A stretch of DNA of 64,000 nucleotides from NCBI GenBank assembly GCA_964016885.1, contig OZ024762.1, forward strand, positions 29,078,001-29,142,000. The letters run 5' to 3'. This DNA is from Eledone cirrhosa (taxonomy: Eukaryota). Below, piece by piece: positions 23,952-39,800 of the stretch. The translations under genes and the position numbers were made by a program. Within the stretch, counting starts at the first letter, position 1, and every line of letters starts with the position of its first letter. The notes below the pieces were generated by a model. The model did not search any database. It was not told where the DNA came from and saw only the letters and a program-made list of their open reading frames with translations.

Positions 23952-26900
23952 CCACTCTCTCCAGCCCCACATGTAATGCACTCCCACTGTCTCTCCAGCC
24001 CCACATGTAATCCACTCCCACTGTCTCTCCAGCCCCACATGTAATGCACTCCCACTGTCTCTCCAGCCCCACATGTAATGCAATCCCACTCTCCCTCCAG
24101 CCCCACATGTAATGTACTCCCACTGTCCCTCCAGCCCCACATGTAATGCACTCCCACTGTCTCTCCAGCCCCACATGTAATGCAATCCCACTGTCCCTCC
24201 AGCCCCACATGTAATGCACTCCCACTGTCACTCCAGCCCCACATGTAATCCACTCCCATTGTCTCTCCAGCCCCACATGTAATGCACTCCCACTGTCCCT
24301 CCAGCCCCACATGTAATCCACTCCCACTGTCCCTCCAGCCCCACATGTAATCCACTCCCACTGTCTCTCCAGCCCCACATGTAATCCACTCCCACTGTCC
24401 CTCCAGCCCCACATGTAATCCACTCCCACTGTCCCTCCAGCCCCACATGTAATCCACTCCCACTGTCTCTCCAGCCCCACATGTAATGCAATCCCACTGT
24501 CCCTCCAGCCCCACATGTAATGCAATCCCACTGTCCCTCCAGCCCCACATGTAATGCAATCCCACTGTCCCTCCAGCCCCACATGTAATGCAATCCCACT
24601 GTCCCTCCAGCCCCACATGTAATGCAATCCCACTGTCCCTCCATCCCCACATGTAATGCACTCCCACTGTCCCTCCAGCCCCACATGTATTGCAATCCCA
24701 CTGTCCCTCCAGCCCCACATGTAATGCAATCCCACTGTCCCTCCATCCCCACATGTAATGCAATCCCACTGTCCCTCCAGCCCCACATGTAATGCAATCC
24801 CACTGACCCTCCAGCCCCACATGTAATGCAATCCCACTGTCCCTCCAGCCCCACATGTAATGCAATCCCACTGTCCCTCCAGCCCCACATGTAATGCAAT
24901 CCCACTGTCCCTCCATCCCCACATGTAATGCAATCCCACTGTCCCTCCAGCCCCACATGTAATGCAATCCCACTGTCCCTCCAGCCCCACATGTAATCCA
25001 GCCCCACATGTAATCCACTCCCACTGTCTCTCCAGCCCCACATGTAATCCACTCCCACTGTCCCTCCAGCCCCACATGTAATCCACTCCCACTGTCCCTC
25101 CAGCCCCACATGTAATGCAATCCCACTGTCCCTCCAGCCCCACATGTAATCCAGCCCCACATGTAATCCAGCCCCACATGTAATCCACTCCCACTGTCTC
25201 TCCAGCCCCACATGTAATCCACTCCCACTGTCCCTCCAGCCCCACATGTAATCCACTCCCACTGTCCCTCCAGCCCCACATGTAATCCACTCCCACTGTC
25301 TCTCCAGCCCCACATGTAATGCAATCCCACTGTCCCTCCAGCCCCACATGTAATGCAATCCCACTGTCCCTCCAGCCCCACATGTAATGCAATCCCACTG
25401 TCCCTCCAGCCCCACATGTAATGCAATCCCACTGTCCCTCCAGCCCCACATGTAATGCAATCCCACTGTCCCTCCATCCCCACATGTAATGCACTCCCAC
25501 TGTCCCTCCAGCCCCACATGTATTGCAATCCCACTGTCCCTCCAGCCCCACATGTAATGCAATCCCACTGTCCCTCCATCCCCACATGTAATGCAATCCC
25601 ACTGTCCCTCCAGCCCCACATGTAATGCAATCCCACTGTCCCTCCAGCCCCACATGTAATGCAATCCCACTGTCCCTCCATCCCCACATGTAATGCAATC
25701 CCACTGTCCCTCCAGCCCCACATGTAATGCAATCCCACTGTCCCTCCATCCCCACATGTAATGCAATCCCACTGTCCCTCCAGCCCCACATGTAATGCAC
25801 TCCCACTGTCTCTCCAGCCCCACATGTAATGCAATCCCACTGTCCCTCCAGCCCCACATGTAATCCAATCCCACTGTCCCTCCAGCCCCACATGTAATGC
25901 AATCCCACTGTCCCTCCAGCCCCACATGTAATGCAATCCCACTGTCTCTCCAGCCCCACATGTAATGCAATCCCACTGTCCCTCCAGCCCCACATGTAAT
26001 CCAATCCCACTGTCCCTCCAGACCCACATGTAATGCAATCCCACTGTCCCTCCAGCCCCATATGTAATGCAATCCCACTGTCCCTCCAGCCCCACATGTA
26101 ATGCAATCCCACTGTCCCTCCATCCCCACATGTAATGCAATTGCACTGTCCCTCCATCCCCACATGTAATGCAATCGCACTGTCCCTCCAGCCCCACATG
26201 TAATGCAATCCCACTGTCCCTCCATCCCCACATGTAATGCAATCCCACTGTCCCTCCATCCCCACATGTAATGCAATCCCACTGTCCCTCCAGCCCCACA
26301 TGTAATGCAATCCCACTGTCCCTCCATCCCCACATGTAATGCAATCCCACTGTCCCTCCAGCCCCACATGTAATGCAATCCCACTGTCCCTCCAGCCCCA
26401 CATGTAATGCAATCCCACTGTCCCTCCAGCCCCACATGTAATGCAATCCCACTGTCCCTCCATCCCCACATGTAATGCAATCCCACTGTCCCTCCAGCCC
26501 CACATGTAATGCACTCCCACTGTCTCTCCAGCCCCACATGTAATGCAATCCCACTGTCCCTCCAGCCCCACATGTAATGCAATCCCACTGTCCCTCCAGC
26601 CCCACATGTAATGCAATACCACTGTCCCTCCAGCCCCACATGTAATGCAATCCCACTGTCCCTCCATCCCCACATGTAATGCAATCCCACTGTCCCTCCA
26701 TCCCCACATGTAATGCAATCCCACTGTCCCTCCAGCCCCACATGTAATGCAATCCCACTGTCCCTCCATCCCCACATGTAATGCAATCCCACTGTCCCTC
26801 CAGCTCCACATGTAATGCAATCCCACTGTCCCTCCAGCCCCACATGTAATGCAATCCCACTGTCCCTCCATCCCCACATGTAATGCAATCCCACTGTCCC

Positions 26901-27265
26901 TCCAGCCCCACATGTAATGCAATCCCACTGTCCCTCCAGCCCCACATGTAATGCAATCCCACTGTCCCTCCAGCCCCACATGTAATGCAATCCCACTGTC
27001 CCTCCATCCCCACATGTAATGCAATCCCACTGTCCCTCCAGCCCCACATGTAATGCACTCCCACTGTCTCTCCAGCCCCACATGTAATGCAATCCCACTG
27101 TCCCTCCAGCCCCACATGTAATGCAATCCCACTGTCCCTCCAGCCCCACATGTAATGCAATCCCACTGTCCCTCCAGCCCCACATGTAATCCAATCCCAC
27201 TGTCCCTCCAGCCCCACATGTAATCCAATCCCACTGTCCCTCCATCCCCACATGTAATGCAATCC
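23952..27265 (-). repeat. 34-bp minisatellite, right arm in inverted orientation (~97 copies)
   Basis: Unit AATGCAATCCCACTGTCCCTCCAGCCCCACATGT is the reverse complement of the 22408-23483 unit. Confidence 0.97.
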
Positions 27266-27390
27266 CTGGGGATTTCGATTGTTAAATTTGTTTGTTTCAA
27301 TATTTTTACACGACTCTATGTAAAATCCCCGGCATGTGTCTTTGTATTGACCCCTTTTCTTGTGCGCCCTTGTGGAAAATATAGAAATAT

Positions 27391-27500
27391 ATCATCATCA
27401 TCACTTTACGTCTGCTTTTCCCTGCTTGCAAGGGTGGGACGGGAACTGATTCTGGCTTGATTTCTACAGCTGGATGCCCTTCTTAACACCAACCTCATTT
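27391..27500 (-). mobile_element. 3' terminus of an RTE-type LINE with (TGA)n tail
   Basis: Minus strand GAAGGGCATCCAGCTGTAGAAA...GAAAAGCAGACGTAAAGTGATGATGATGAT. Same motifs as 11948-12100 and the 140-bp unit. Confidence 0.8.
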
Positions 27501-27820
27501 ACAGTTAGTGCTGGGTGCTTTTTTGCCATGGCACCTCCACGACCACTTTGCAGTGAGTGCTGGGTGCTTTTTTGCCGTGGCACCTCCACGACCACTTTAC
27601 AGTGAGTGCTGGGTGCTTTTTTGCCATGGCACCTCCACGACCACTTTACAGTGAGTGCTGGGTGCTTTTTTGCCGTGGCACCTCCACGACCACTTTACAG
27701 TGAGTGCTGGGTGCTTTTTTGCCATGGCACCTCCACGACCACTTTACAGTGAGTGCTGGGTGCTTTTTTGCCGTGGCACCTCCACGACCACTTTACAGTG
27801 AGTGCTGGGTGCTTTTTTGC
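27498..27820. repeat. 49-bp tandem repeat (~6.5 copies, alternating GCCAT/GCCGT variants)
   Basis: Unit ACAGTGAGTGCTGGGTGCTTTTTTGCCRTGGCACCTCCACGACCACTTT, contiguous with the LINE 3' UTR. Confidence 0.93.
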
Positions 27821-30800
27821 CACCTCAGTCTTCTCTCCCACACACCACAACTTATCCCTCTTATACACAGTTTCTCTCTGAACACATCACATGTCCATAC
27901 CACCTCAGTCATCTCTCCCACACACCACAACTTATCCCTCTTATACACAGTTTCTCTCTCAACACATCACATGTCCATACCATCTCAATCTTCTCTCCCA
28001 CACACCACAACTTATCCCTCTTATACACAGTTAATCTCTCAACACATCACATGACCATACCACCTCAGTCATCTCTCTCACACACCACAACTTATCCCTC
28101 TTATACCCAGTTTCTCTCTCAACACATCACATGTCCATACCACCTCAGTCATCTCTCCCACACACCACAACTTATCCCACTAATACACAGTTTCTCTCTC
28201 AACACATCACATGTCCATTCCATCTCAGTCTTCTCTCCCACACACTACAACTTATCCCTCTGATACCCAGTTTCTCTCTCAACACATCACATGTCCATAC
28301 CATCTCAGTCTCCTCTCCCACACACTACAACTTATCCCTCTTATACACAGTTTCTCTCTCAACGCATCACATGTCCATACCACCTCAGTGATCTCTCCCA
28401 CACACCACAACTTATCCCTCTTATACACAGTTTCTCTCTCAACACATCACATATCCATACCACCTCAGTCTTCTCTCCCACACACCACAACTTATCCCTC
28501 TTATACACAGTTTCTCTCTCAACACATCACATGTCCATTCCATCTCAGTCTTTTCTCCCACACACCACAACTTATCCCTCTTATACCCAGTTTCTTTCTC
28601 AACACATCACATGTCCATACCACCTCAGTCATCTCTCCCACACACCACAACTTATCCCTCTTATACCCAGTTTCTCTCTCAACTCATCACATGTCCATAC
28701 CATCTCAGTCTTCTCTCCCACACACTACAACTTATCCCTCTTATACACAGTTTCTCTCTCAACGCATCACATGTCCATACCACCTCAGTCATCTCTCCCA
28801 CACACCACAACTTATCCCTCTTATACCCAGTTTCTCTCTCAACACATCACATGTCCATACCATCTCAGTCTTCTCTCCCACACACTACAACTTATCCCTC
28901 TTATACACAGTTTCTCTCTCAACGCATCACATGTCCATTCCATCTCAGTCTTCTCTCCCACACACTACAACTTATCCCTCTTATACACAGTTTCTCTCTC
29001 AACACATCACATGTCCATACCACCTCAGTGATCTCTCCCACACACCACAACTTATCCCTCTTATACACAGTTTCTCTCTCAACACATCACATATCCATAC
29101 CACCTCAGTCTTCTCTCCCACACACCACAACTTATCCCTCTTATACACAGTTTCTCTCTCAACACAAAATGTCCATACCATCTCAGTCATCTCTCTCACA
29201 CACTACGACTTATCCCTCTTATACACAGTTTCTCTCTCAACACATCACATGTCCATACCACCTCAGTCATCTCTCCCACACACCACAACTTAACCCTCTT
29301 ATACCCAGTTTCTCTCTCAACTCATCACATGTCCATACCATCTCAGTCTTCTCTCCCACACACTACAACTTATCCCTCTTATACACAGTTTCTCTCTCAA
29401 CACATCACATGTCCATACCACCTCAGTGATCTCTCCCACACACCACAACTTATCCCTCTTATACACAGTTTCTCTCTCAACACATCACATGTCCACAGCA
29501 TCTCAGTCATCTCTCTCACACACTACGACTTATCCCTCTTATACACAGTTTCTCTCTCAACACATCACATGTCCATTCCATCTCAGTCTTCTCTCCCACA
29601 CACCACAACTTATCCCTCTTATATCCAGTTTCTCTCTCAACACATCACATGTCCATACCACCTCAGTCTTCTCTCCCACACACCACAACTTATCCCTCTT
29701 ATACACAGTTTCTCTCTGAACACATCACATGTCCATACAACCTCAGTCATCTCTCCCACACACCACAACTTATCCCTCTTATACACAGTTTCTCTCTCAA
29801 CACATCACATGTCCATACCATCTCAATCTTCTCTCCCACACACCACAACTTATCCCTCTTATACACAGTTAATCTCTCAACACATCACATGACCATACCA
29901 CCTCAGTCATCTCTCTCACACACCACAACTTATCCCTCTTATACCCAGTTTCTCTCTCAACACATCACATGTCCATACCACCTCAGTCTTCTCTCCCACA
30001 CACCACAACTTATCCCTCTTATACCCAGTTTCTCTCTCAACACATCACATGTCCATACCATCCCAGTCTTCTCCTCCGCTCACTACAACTTATCCTTCTG
30101 ATACACAGTTTCTCTCCCACACACCACAACTTATCCCTCTTATACACCGTTTCTCTCTCAACACATCACATGTACATACCATCTTAGTCTTCTCTCGCAC
30201 AAACCACAATTTATCCCTCTTATACCCAGTTTCTCTCTCAACACATCACATGTCCATACCATCTCAGTCTTCTCTCCCACACATTACAACTTATGCCTCT
30301 TATACGCAGTTTCACACTCAACACATCACATGTCCATACCATCGCAGCCTTCTCTCCCACACACCACAACTTATCCCTCTTATACCCAGTTTCTCTCTCA
30401 ATACATCACATGTCCATACCATCGCAGCCTTCTCTTCCACACACCACAACTTATCCCTGTTATACACAGTTTCACACTCATCACATCACATGTCCATACC
30501 ATCGCAGCCTTCTCTCCCACACACCACAACTTATCCCTCTTATACCCAGTTTCTCTCTCAACATATCACATGTCCATACCATCTCAGTCTTCTCTCCCAC
30601 ACACTACAACTTACCAATCTGATACCCAGTTTCTCTCTCAACACATCACATGTCCATACCATCTCAGTCTTCTCTCCCACACACTACAACTTATCCCTCT
30701 TATACACAGTTTCTCTCTCAACACATCATATGTCCATACCATCTCAGTCTTCTCTCCCACACACCACAACTTCTCCCTCTTATACAGAGTTTCTCTCTCA

Positions 30801-33800
30801 ACACGTCACATGTCCATACCATCTCAGTCTTCTCTCCCACACACCACAACTTAACCCTCTTATACCCAGTTTCTCCCTCAACACATCACATGTCCATACC
30901 ATCTCAGTCTTCTCTCCCACACACTACAACTTATCCCTCTTATACACAGTTTCTCTCTCAACGCATCACATGTCCATTCCATCTCAGTTTTCTCTCCCAC
31001 ACACCACAATTTATCCCTCTTATACACAATTTCTCTCTCAACTCATCACATGTCCATACCATCTCAGTCTTCTCTCCCACACACTACAACTTATCCCTCT
31101 TATACACAGTTTCTCTCTCAACGCATCACATGTCCATTCCATCTCAGTCTTCTCTCCCACACACCACAACTTATCCCTCTTATACACAATTTCTCTCTCA
31201 ACTCATCACATGTCCATACCATCTCAGTCTTCTCTCCCACACACCACAATTTATCCCTCTTATACACAGTTTCTCTCTCAACACATCAAATGTCAATACC
31301 ATCTCAGTCTTCTCTCCCACACACCACAACTTATCCCTCTTATACACAGTTTCTCTCTCAACTCATCAAATGTCCATACCATCTCAGTCTTCTCTCCCAC
31401 ACACCACCACTTATCCCTCTTATACACAGTTTCTCTCTCAACACATCACATGTCCATACCATCTCAGTCTTCTCCCCCACACACCACAACTTATCCCTCT
31501 TATACACAGTTTCTCTCTCAACACATCACATGTCCATACCATCTCAGTCTTCTCTCCCACACACCACAACTTATCCCTCTTATACACAGTTTCTCTCTCA
31601 ATACATCACATGTCCATACTATCTCAGTTTTCTCTCCCACACACTACAACTTATCCCTCTTATACCCAGTTTCTCTCTCAACACATCACATGTCCTTACC
31701 ATCTCAGTGTCTTCTCCCACACACTACAACTTATCCCTCTTATACACAGTTTCTCTCTCAACACATCACATGTCCATACCATCTCAGTCTTCTCTCCCAC
31801 ACACCACAACTTATCCCTCTTATACACAGTTTCTCTCTCAATACATCACATGTCCATACCATCTCAGTCTTCTCTCCGACACACTACAACTTATCCCTCT
31901 TATACCCAGTTTCTCTCTCAACACATCACATGTCCATACCATCTCAGTGTCTTCTCCGACACACTACAACTTATCCCTCTTATACACAGTTTCTCTCTCA
32001 ACACATCACATGTCCATACCATCTCAGTCTTCTCTCCCACACACCACAACTTATCCCTCTTATACACAGTTTCTCTCTCAATACATCACATGTCCATACC
32101 ATCTCAGTCTTCTCTCCCACACACTACAACTTATCCCTCTTATACACAGTTTCTCTCTCAACACATCACATGTCCATACCATCTCAGTCTTCTCTCCCAC
32201 ACACCACAACTTATCCCTCTTATACACAGTTTCTCTCTCAATACATCACAAGTCCATACTATCTCAGTTTTCTCTCCCACACACGACAACTTATCCCTCT
32301 TATACACAGTTTCTCTCTCAACACATCACATGTCGATACCATCTCAGTCTTCTCTCCCACACACCACAACTTATCCCTCTTATACACAGTTTCTCTCTCA
32401 ATACATCACATGTCCATACCATCTCAGTCTTCTCTCCCACACACCACAACTTATCCCTCTTATACACAGTTTCTCTCTCAACACATCACATGTCCATACC
32501 ATCTCAGTCTTCTCTCCCACACACCACAATTTATCCCTCTTATACCCAGTTTCTCTCTCAACACATCACATGTCCATACCATCTCAGTGTCTTCTCCCAC
32601 ACACTACAACTTATCCCTCTTATACACAGTTTCTCTCTCAACACATCACATGTCCATACCATCTCAGTCTTCTCTCCCACACACCACAACTTATCCCTCT
32701 TATACACAGTTTCTCTCTCAACACATCACATGTCCATACCATCTCAGTCTTCTCTCCCAATCACTACAACTTATCCCTCTTATACACAGTTTCTCTCTCA
32801 ACACATCACATGTCCATACCATCTCAGTGTCTTCTCCCACACACTACAACTTATCCCTCTTATACACAGTTTCTCTCTCAACATATCACATGTCCATACC
32901 ATCTCAGTCTTCTCTCCCACACACCACAACTTATCCCTCTTATACACAGTTTCTCTCTCAATACATCACATGTCCATACCATCTCAGTCTTCTCTCCCAC
33001 ACACTACAACTTATCCCTCTTATACACAGTTTCTCTCTCAACACATCACATGTCCATACCATCTCAGTCTTCTCTCCCACACACCACAACTTATCCCTCT
33101 TATACAGTTTCTCTCTCAATACATCACATGTCCATACTATCTCAGTTTTCTCTCCCACACACGACAACTTATCCCTCTTATACCCAGTTTCTCTCTCAAC
33201 ACATCACATGTCCATACCATCTCAGTGTCTTCTCCCACACACTACAACTTATCCCTCTTATACACAGTTTCTCTCTCAACACATCACATGTCCATACCAT
33301 CTCAGTCTTCTCTCCCACACACCACAACTTATCCCTCTTATACACAGTTTCTCTCTCAACACATCACATGTCGATACCATCTCAGTCTTCTCTCCCAATC
33401 ACTACAACTTATCCCTCTTATACACAGTTAATCTCTCAACACATCACATGTCCATGCCATCTCAGTCTTCTCTCCCACTCACTACAACTTATCCCTCTTA
33501 TACACAGTTAATCTCTCAACACATCACATGTCCATACCATCTCAGTTTTCTCTCCCACTCACTACAACTTATCCCTCTTATACACAGTTTCTCTCTCAAC
33601 ACATCACATGTCCATACCATCTCAGTCTTCTCTCCCACACACCACAATTTATCCCTCTTATACACAGTTTCTCTCTCAACACATCAAATGTCCATACCAT
33701 CTCAGTCTTCTCTCCCACACACCACAACTTATCCCTCTTATACACAGTTTCTCTCTCAACTCATCAAATGTCCATACCATCTCAGTCTTCTCTCCCACAC

Positions 33801-36800
33801 ACCACCACTTATCCCTCTTATACACAGTTTCTCTCTCAACACATCACATGTCCATACCATCTCAGTCTTCTCCCCCACACACCACAACTTATCCCTCTTA
33901 TACACAGTTTCTCTCTCAACACATCAAATGTCCATACCATCTCAGTCTTCTCTCCCACACACCACAACTTATCCCTCTTATACACAGTTTCTCTCTCAAT
34001 ACATCACATGTCCATACTATCTCAGTTTTCTCTCCCACACACTACAACTTATCCCTCTTATACCCAGTTTCTCTCTCAACACATCACATGCCCATACCAT
34101 CTCAGTGTCTTCTCCCACACACTACAACTTATCCCTCTTATACACAGTTTCTCTCTCAATACATCACATGTCCATACCATCTCAGTCTTCTCTCCCACAC
34201 ACCACAACTTATCCCTCTTATACACAGTTTCTCTCTCAACACATCACATGTCCATACCATCTCAGTCTTCTCTCCCACACACCACAATTTATCCCTCTTA
34301 TACCCAGTTTCTCTCTCAACACATCACATGTCCATACCATCTCAGTGTCTTCTCCCACACACTACAACTTATCCCTCTTATACACAGTTTCTCTCTCAAC
34401 ACATCACATGTCCATACCATCTCAGTCTTCTCTCCCACACACCACAACTTATCCCTCTTATACACAGTTTCTCTCTCAATACATCACATGTCCATACCAT
34501 CTCAGTCTTCTCTCCGACACACTACAACTTATCCCTCTTATACCCAGTTTCTCTCTCAACACATCACATGTCCATACCATCTCAGTGTCTTCTCCCACAC
34601 ACTACAACTTATCCCTCTTATACACAGTTTCTCTCTCAACACATCACATGTCCATACCATCTCAGTCTTCTCTCCCACACACCACAATTTATCCCTCTTA
34701 TACACAGTTTCTCTCTCAATACATCACATGTCCATACCATCTCAGTCTTCTCTCCCACACACTACAACTTATCCCTCTTATACACAGTTTCTCTCTCAAC
34801 ACATCACATGTCCATACCATCTCAGTCTTCTCTCCCACACACCACAACTTATCCCTCTTATACACAGTTTCTCTCTCAATACATCACAAGTCCATACTAT
34901 CTCAGTTTTCTCTCCCACACACGACAACTTATCCCTCTTATACACAGTTTCTCTCTCAACACATCACATGTCGATACCATCTCAGTCTTCTCTCCCACAC
35001 ACCACAACTTATCCCTCTTATACACAGTTTCTCTCTCAATACATCACATGTCCATACCATCTCAGTCTTCTCTCCCACACACCACAACTTATCCCTCTTA
35101 TACACAGTTTCTCTCTCAACACATCACATGTCCATACCATCTCAGTCTTCTCTCCCACACACCACAATTTATCCCTCTTATACCCAGTTTCTCTCTCAAC
35201 ACATCACATGTCCATACCATCTCAGTGTCTTCTCCCACACACTACAACTTATCCCTCTTATACACAGTTTCTCTCTCAACACATCACATGTCCATACCAT
35301 CTCAGTCTTCTCTCCCACACACCACAACTTATCCCTCTTATACACAGTTTCTCTCTCAACACATCACATGTCCATACCATCTCAGTCTTCTCTCCCAATC
35401 ACTACAACTTATCCCTCTTATACACAGTTTCTCTCTCAACACATCACATGTCCATACCATCTCAGTGTCTTCTCCCACACACTACAACTTATCCCTCTTA
35501 TACACAGTTTCTCTCTCAACACATCACATGTCCATACCATCTCAGTCTTCTCTCCCACACACCACAACTTATCCCTCTTATACACAGTTTCTCTCTCAAT
35601 ACATCACATGTCCATACCATCTCAGTCTTCTCTCCCACACACTACAACTTATCCCTCTCATACACAGTTTCTCTCTCAACACATCACATGTCCATACCAT
35701 CTCAGTCTTCTCTCCCACACACCACAACTTATCCCTCTTATACAGTTTCTCTCTCAATACATCACATGTCCATACTATCTCAGTTTTCTCTCCCACACAC
35801 GACAACTTATCCCTCTTATACCCAGTTTCTCTCTCAACACATCACATGTCCATACCATCTCAGTGTCTTCTCCCACACACTACAACTTATCCCTCTTATA
35901 CACAGTTTCTCTCTCAACACATCACATGTCCATACCATCTCAGTCTTCTCTCCCACACACCACAACTTATCCCTCTTATACACAGTTTCTCTCTCAACAC
36001 ATCACATGTCCATACCATCTCAGTCTTCTCTCCCAATCACTACAACTTATCCCTCTTATACACAGTTAATCTCTCAACACATCACATGTCCATGCAATCT
36101 CAGTCTTCTCTCCCACTCACTACAACTTATCCCTCTTATACACAGTTAATCTCTCAACACATCACATGTCCATACCATCTCAGTTTTCTCTCCCACTCAC
36201 TACAACTTATCCCTCTTATACACAGTTTCTCTCTCAACACATCACATGTCCATACCATCTCAGTCTTCTCTCCCACACACCACAATTTATCCCTCTTATA
36301 CACAGTTTCTCTCTCAACACATCAAATGTCCATACCATCTCAGTCTTCTCTCCCACACACCACAACTTATCCCTCTTATACACAGTTTCTCTCTCAACTC
36401 ATCAAATGTCCATACCATCTCAGTCTTCTCTCCCACACACCACCACTTATCCCTCTTATACACAGTTTCTCTCTCAACACATCACATGTCCATACCATCT
36501 CAGTCTTCTCCCCCACACACCACAACTTATCCCTCTTATACACAGTTTCTCTCTCAACACATCAAATGTCCATACCATCTCAGTCTTCTCTCCCACACAC
36601 CACAACTTATCCCTCTTATACACAGTTTCTCTCTCAATACATCACATGTCCATACTATCTCAGTTTTCTCTCCCACACACTACAACTTATCCCTCTTATA
36701 CCCAGTTTCTCTCTCAACACATCACATGCCCATACCATCTCAGTGTCTTCTCCCACACACTACAACTTATCCCTCTTATACACAGTTTCTCTCTCAATAC

Positions 36801-39800
36801 ATCACATGTCCATACCATCTCAGTCTTCTCTCCCACACACCACAACTTATCCCTCTTATACACAGTTTCTCTCTCAACACATCACATGTCCATACCATCT
36901 CAGTCTTCTCTCCCACACACCACAATTTATCCCTCTTATACCCAGTTTCTCTCTCAACACATCACATGTCCATACCATCTCAGTGTCTTCTCCCACACAC
37001 TACAACTTATCCCTCTTATACACAGTTTCTCTCTCAACACATCACATGTCCATACCATCTCAGTCTTCTCTCCCACACACCACAACTTATCCCTCTTATA
37101 CACAGTTTCTCTCTCAATACATCACATGTCCATACCATCTCAGTCTTCTCTCCGACACACTACAACTTATCCCTCTTATACCCAGTTTCTCTCTCAACAC
37201 ATCACATGTCCATACCATCTCAGTGTCTTCTCCCACACACTACAACTTATCCCTCTTATACACAGTTTCTCTCTCAACACATCACATGTCCATACCATCT
37301 CAGTCTTCTCTCCCACACACCACAATTTATCCCTCTTATACACAGTTTCTCTCTCAATACATCACATGTCCATACCATCTCAGTCTTCTCTCCCACACAC
37401 TACAACTTATCCCTCTTATACACAGTTTCTCTCTCAACACATCACATGTCCATACCATCTCAGTCTTCTCTCCCACACACCACAACTTATCCCTCTTATA
37501 CACAGTTTCTCTCTCAATACATCACAAGTCCATACTATCTCAGTTTTCTCTCCCACACACGACAACTTATCCCTCTTATACACAGTTTCTCTCTCAACAC
37601 ATCACATGTCGATACCATCTCAGTCTTCTCTCCCATACACCACAACTTATCCCTCTTATACACAGTTTCTCTCTCAATACATCACATGTCCATACCATCT
37701 CAGTCTTCTCTCCCACACACCACAACTTATCCCTCTTATACACAGTTTCTCTCTCAACACATCACATGTCCATACCATCTCAGTCTTCTCTCCCACACAC
37801 CACAATTTATCCCTCTTATACCCAGTTTCTCTCTCAACACATCACATGTCCATACCATCTCAGTGTCTTCTCCCACACACTACAACTTATCCCTCTTATA
37901 CACAGTTTCTCTCTCAACACATCACATGTCCATACCATCTCAGTCTTCTCTCCCACACACCACAACTTATCCCTCTTATACACAGTTTCTCTCTCAACAC
38001 ATCACATGTCCATACCATCTCAGTCTTCTCTCCCAATCACTACAACTTATCCCTCTTATACACAGTTTCTCTCTCAACACATCACATGTCCATACCATCT
38101 CAGTGTCTTCTCCCACACACTACAACTTATCCCTCTTATACACAGTTTCTCTCTCAACACATCACATGTCCATACCATCTCAGTCTTCTCTCCCACACAC
38201 CACAACTTATCCCTCTTATACACAGTTTCTCTCTCAATACATCACATGTCCATACCATCTCAGTCTTCTCTCCCACACACTACAACTTATCCCTCTTATA
38301 CACAGTTTCTCTCTCAACACATCACATGTCCATACCATCTCAGTCTTCTCTCCCACACACCACAACTTATCCCTCTTATACAGTTTCTCTCTCAATACAT
38401 CACATGTCCATACTATCTCAGTTTTCTCTCCCACACACGACAACTTATCCCTCTTATACCCAGTTTCTCTCTCAACACATCACATGTCCATACCATCTCA
38501 GTGTCTTCTCCCACACACTACAACTTATCCCTCTTATACACAGTTTCTCTCTCAACACATCACATGTCCATACCATCTCAGTCTTCTCTCCCACACACCA
38601 CAACTTATCCCTCTTATACACAGTTTCTCTCTCAACACATCACATGTCGATACCATCTCAGTCTTCTCTCCCAATCACTACAACTTATCCCTCTTATACA
38701 CAGTTAATCTCTCAACACATCACATGTCCATGCAATCTCAGTCTTCTCTCCCACTCACTACAACTTATCCCTCTTATACACAGTTAATCTCTCAACACAT
38801 CACATGTCCATACCATCTCAGTTTTCTCTCCCACTCACTACAACTTATCCCTCTTATACACAGTTTCTCTCTCAACACATCACATGTCCATACCATCTCA
38901 GTCTTCTCTCCCACACACCACAATTTATCCCTCTTATACACAGTTTCTCTCTCAACACATCAAATGTCCATACCATCTCAGTCTTCTCTCCCACACACCA
39001 CAACTTATCCCTCTTATACACAGTTTCTCTCTCAACTCATCAAATGTCCATACCATCTCAGTCTTCTCTCCCACACACCACCACTTATCCCTCTTATACA
39101 CAGTTTCTCTCTCAACACATCACATGTCCATACCATCTCAGTCTTCTCCCCCACACACCACAACTTATCCCTCTTATACACAGTTTCTCTCTCAACACAT
39201 CACATGTCCATACCATCTCAGTCTTCTCTCCCACACACCACAACTTATCCCTCTTATACACAGTTTCTCTCTCAATACATCACATGTCCATACTATCTCA
39301 GTTTTCTCTCCCACACACTACAACTTATCCCTCTTATACCCAGTTTCTCTCTCAACACATCACATGTCCATACCATCTCAGTGTCTTCTCCCACACACTA
39401 CAACTTATCCCTCTTATACACAGTTTCTCTCTCAACACATCACATGTCCATACCATCTCAGTCTTCTCTCCCACACACCACAACGTATTCCTCTTATACA
39501 CAGTTTCTCTCTCAATACATCACATGTCCATACCATCTCAGTCTTCTCTCCGACACACTACAACTTATCCCTCTTATACCCAGTTTCTCTCTCAACACAT
39601 CACATGTCCATACCATCTCAGTGTCTTCTCCCACACACTACAACTTATCCCTCTTATACACAGTTTCTCTCTCAACACATCACATGTCCATACCATCTCA
39701 GTCTTCTCTCCCACACACCACAACTTATTCCTCTTATACACAGTTTCTCTCTCAATACATCACATGTCCATACCATCTCAGTCTTCTCTCCCACACACCA

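Noticed and set aside
22356-27300. Long Gly/Trp-rich ORFs (up to 1248 aa)
   Set aside because: Translation of a 34-bp minisatellite that is open in all three frames.
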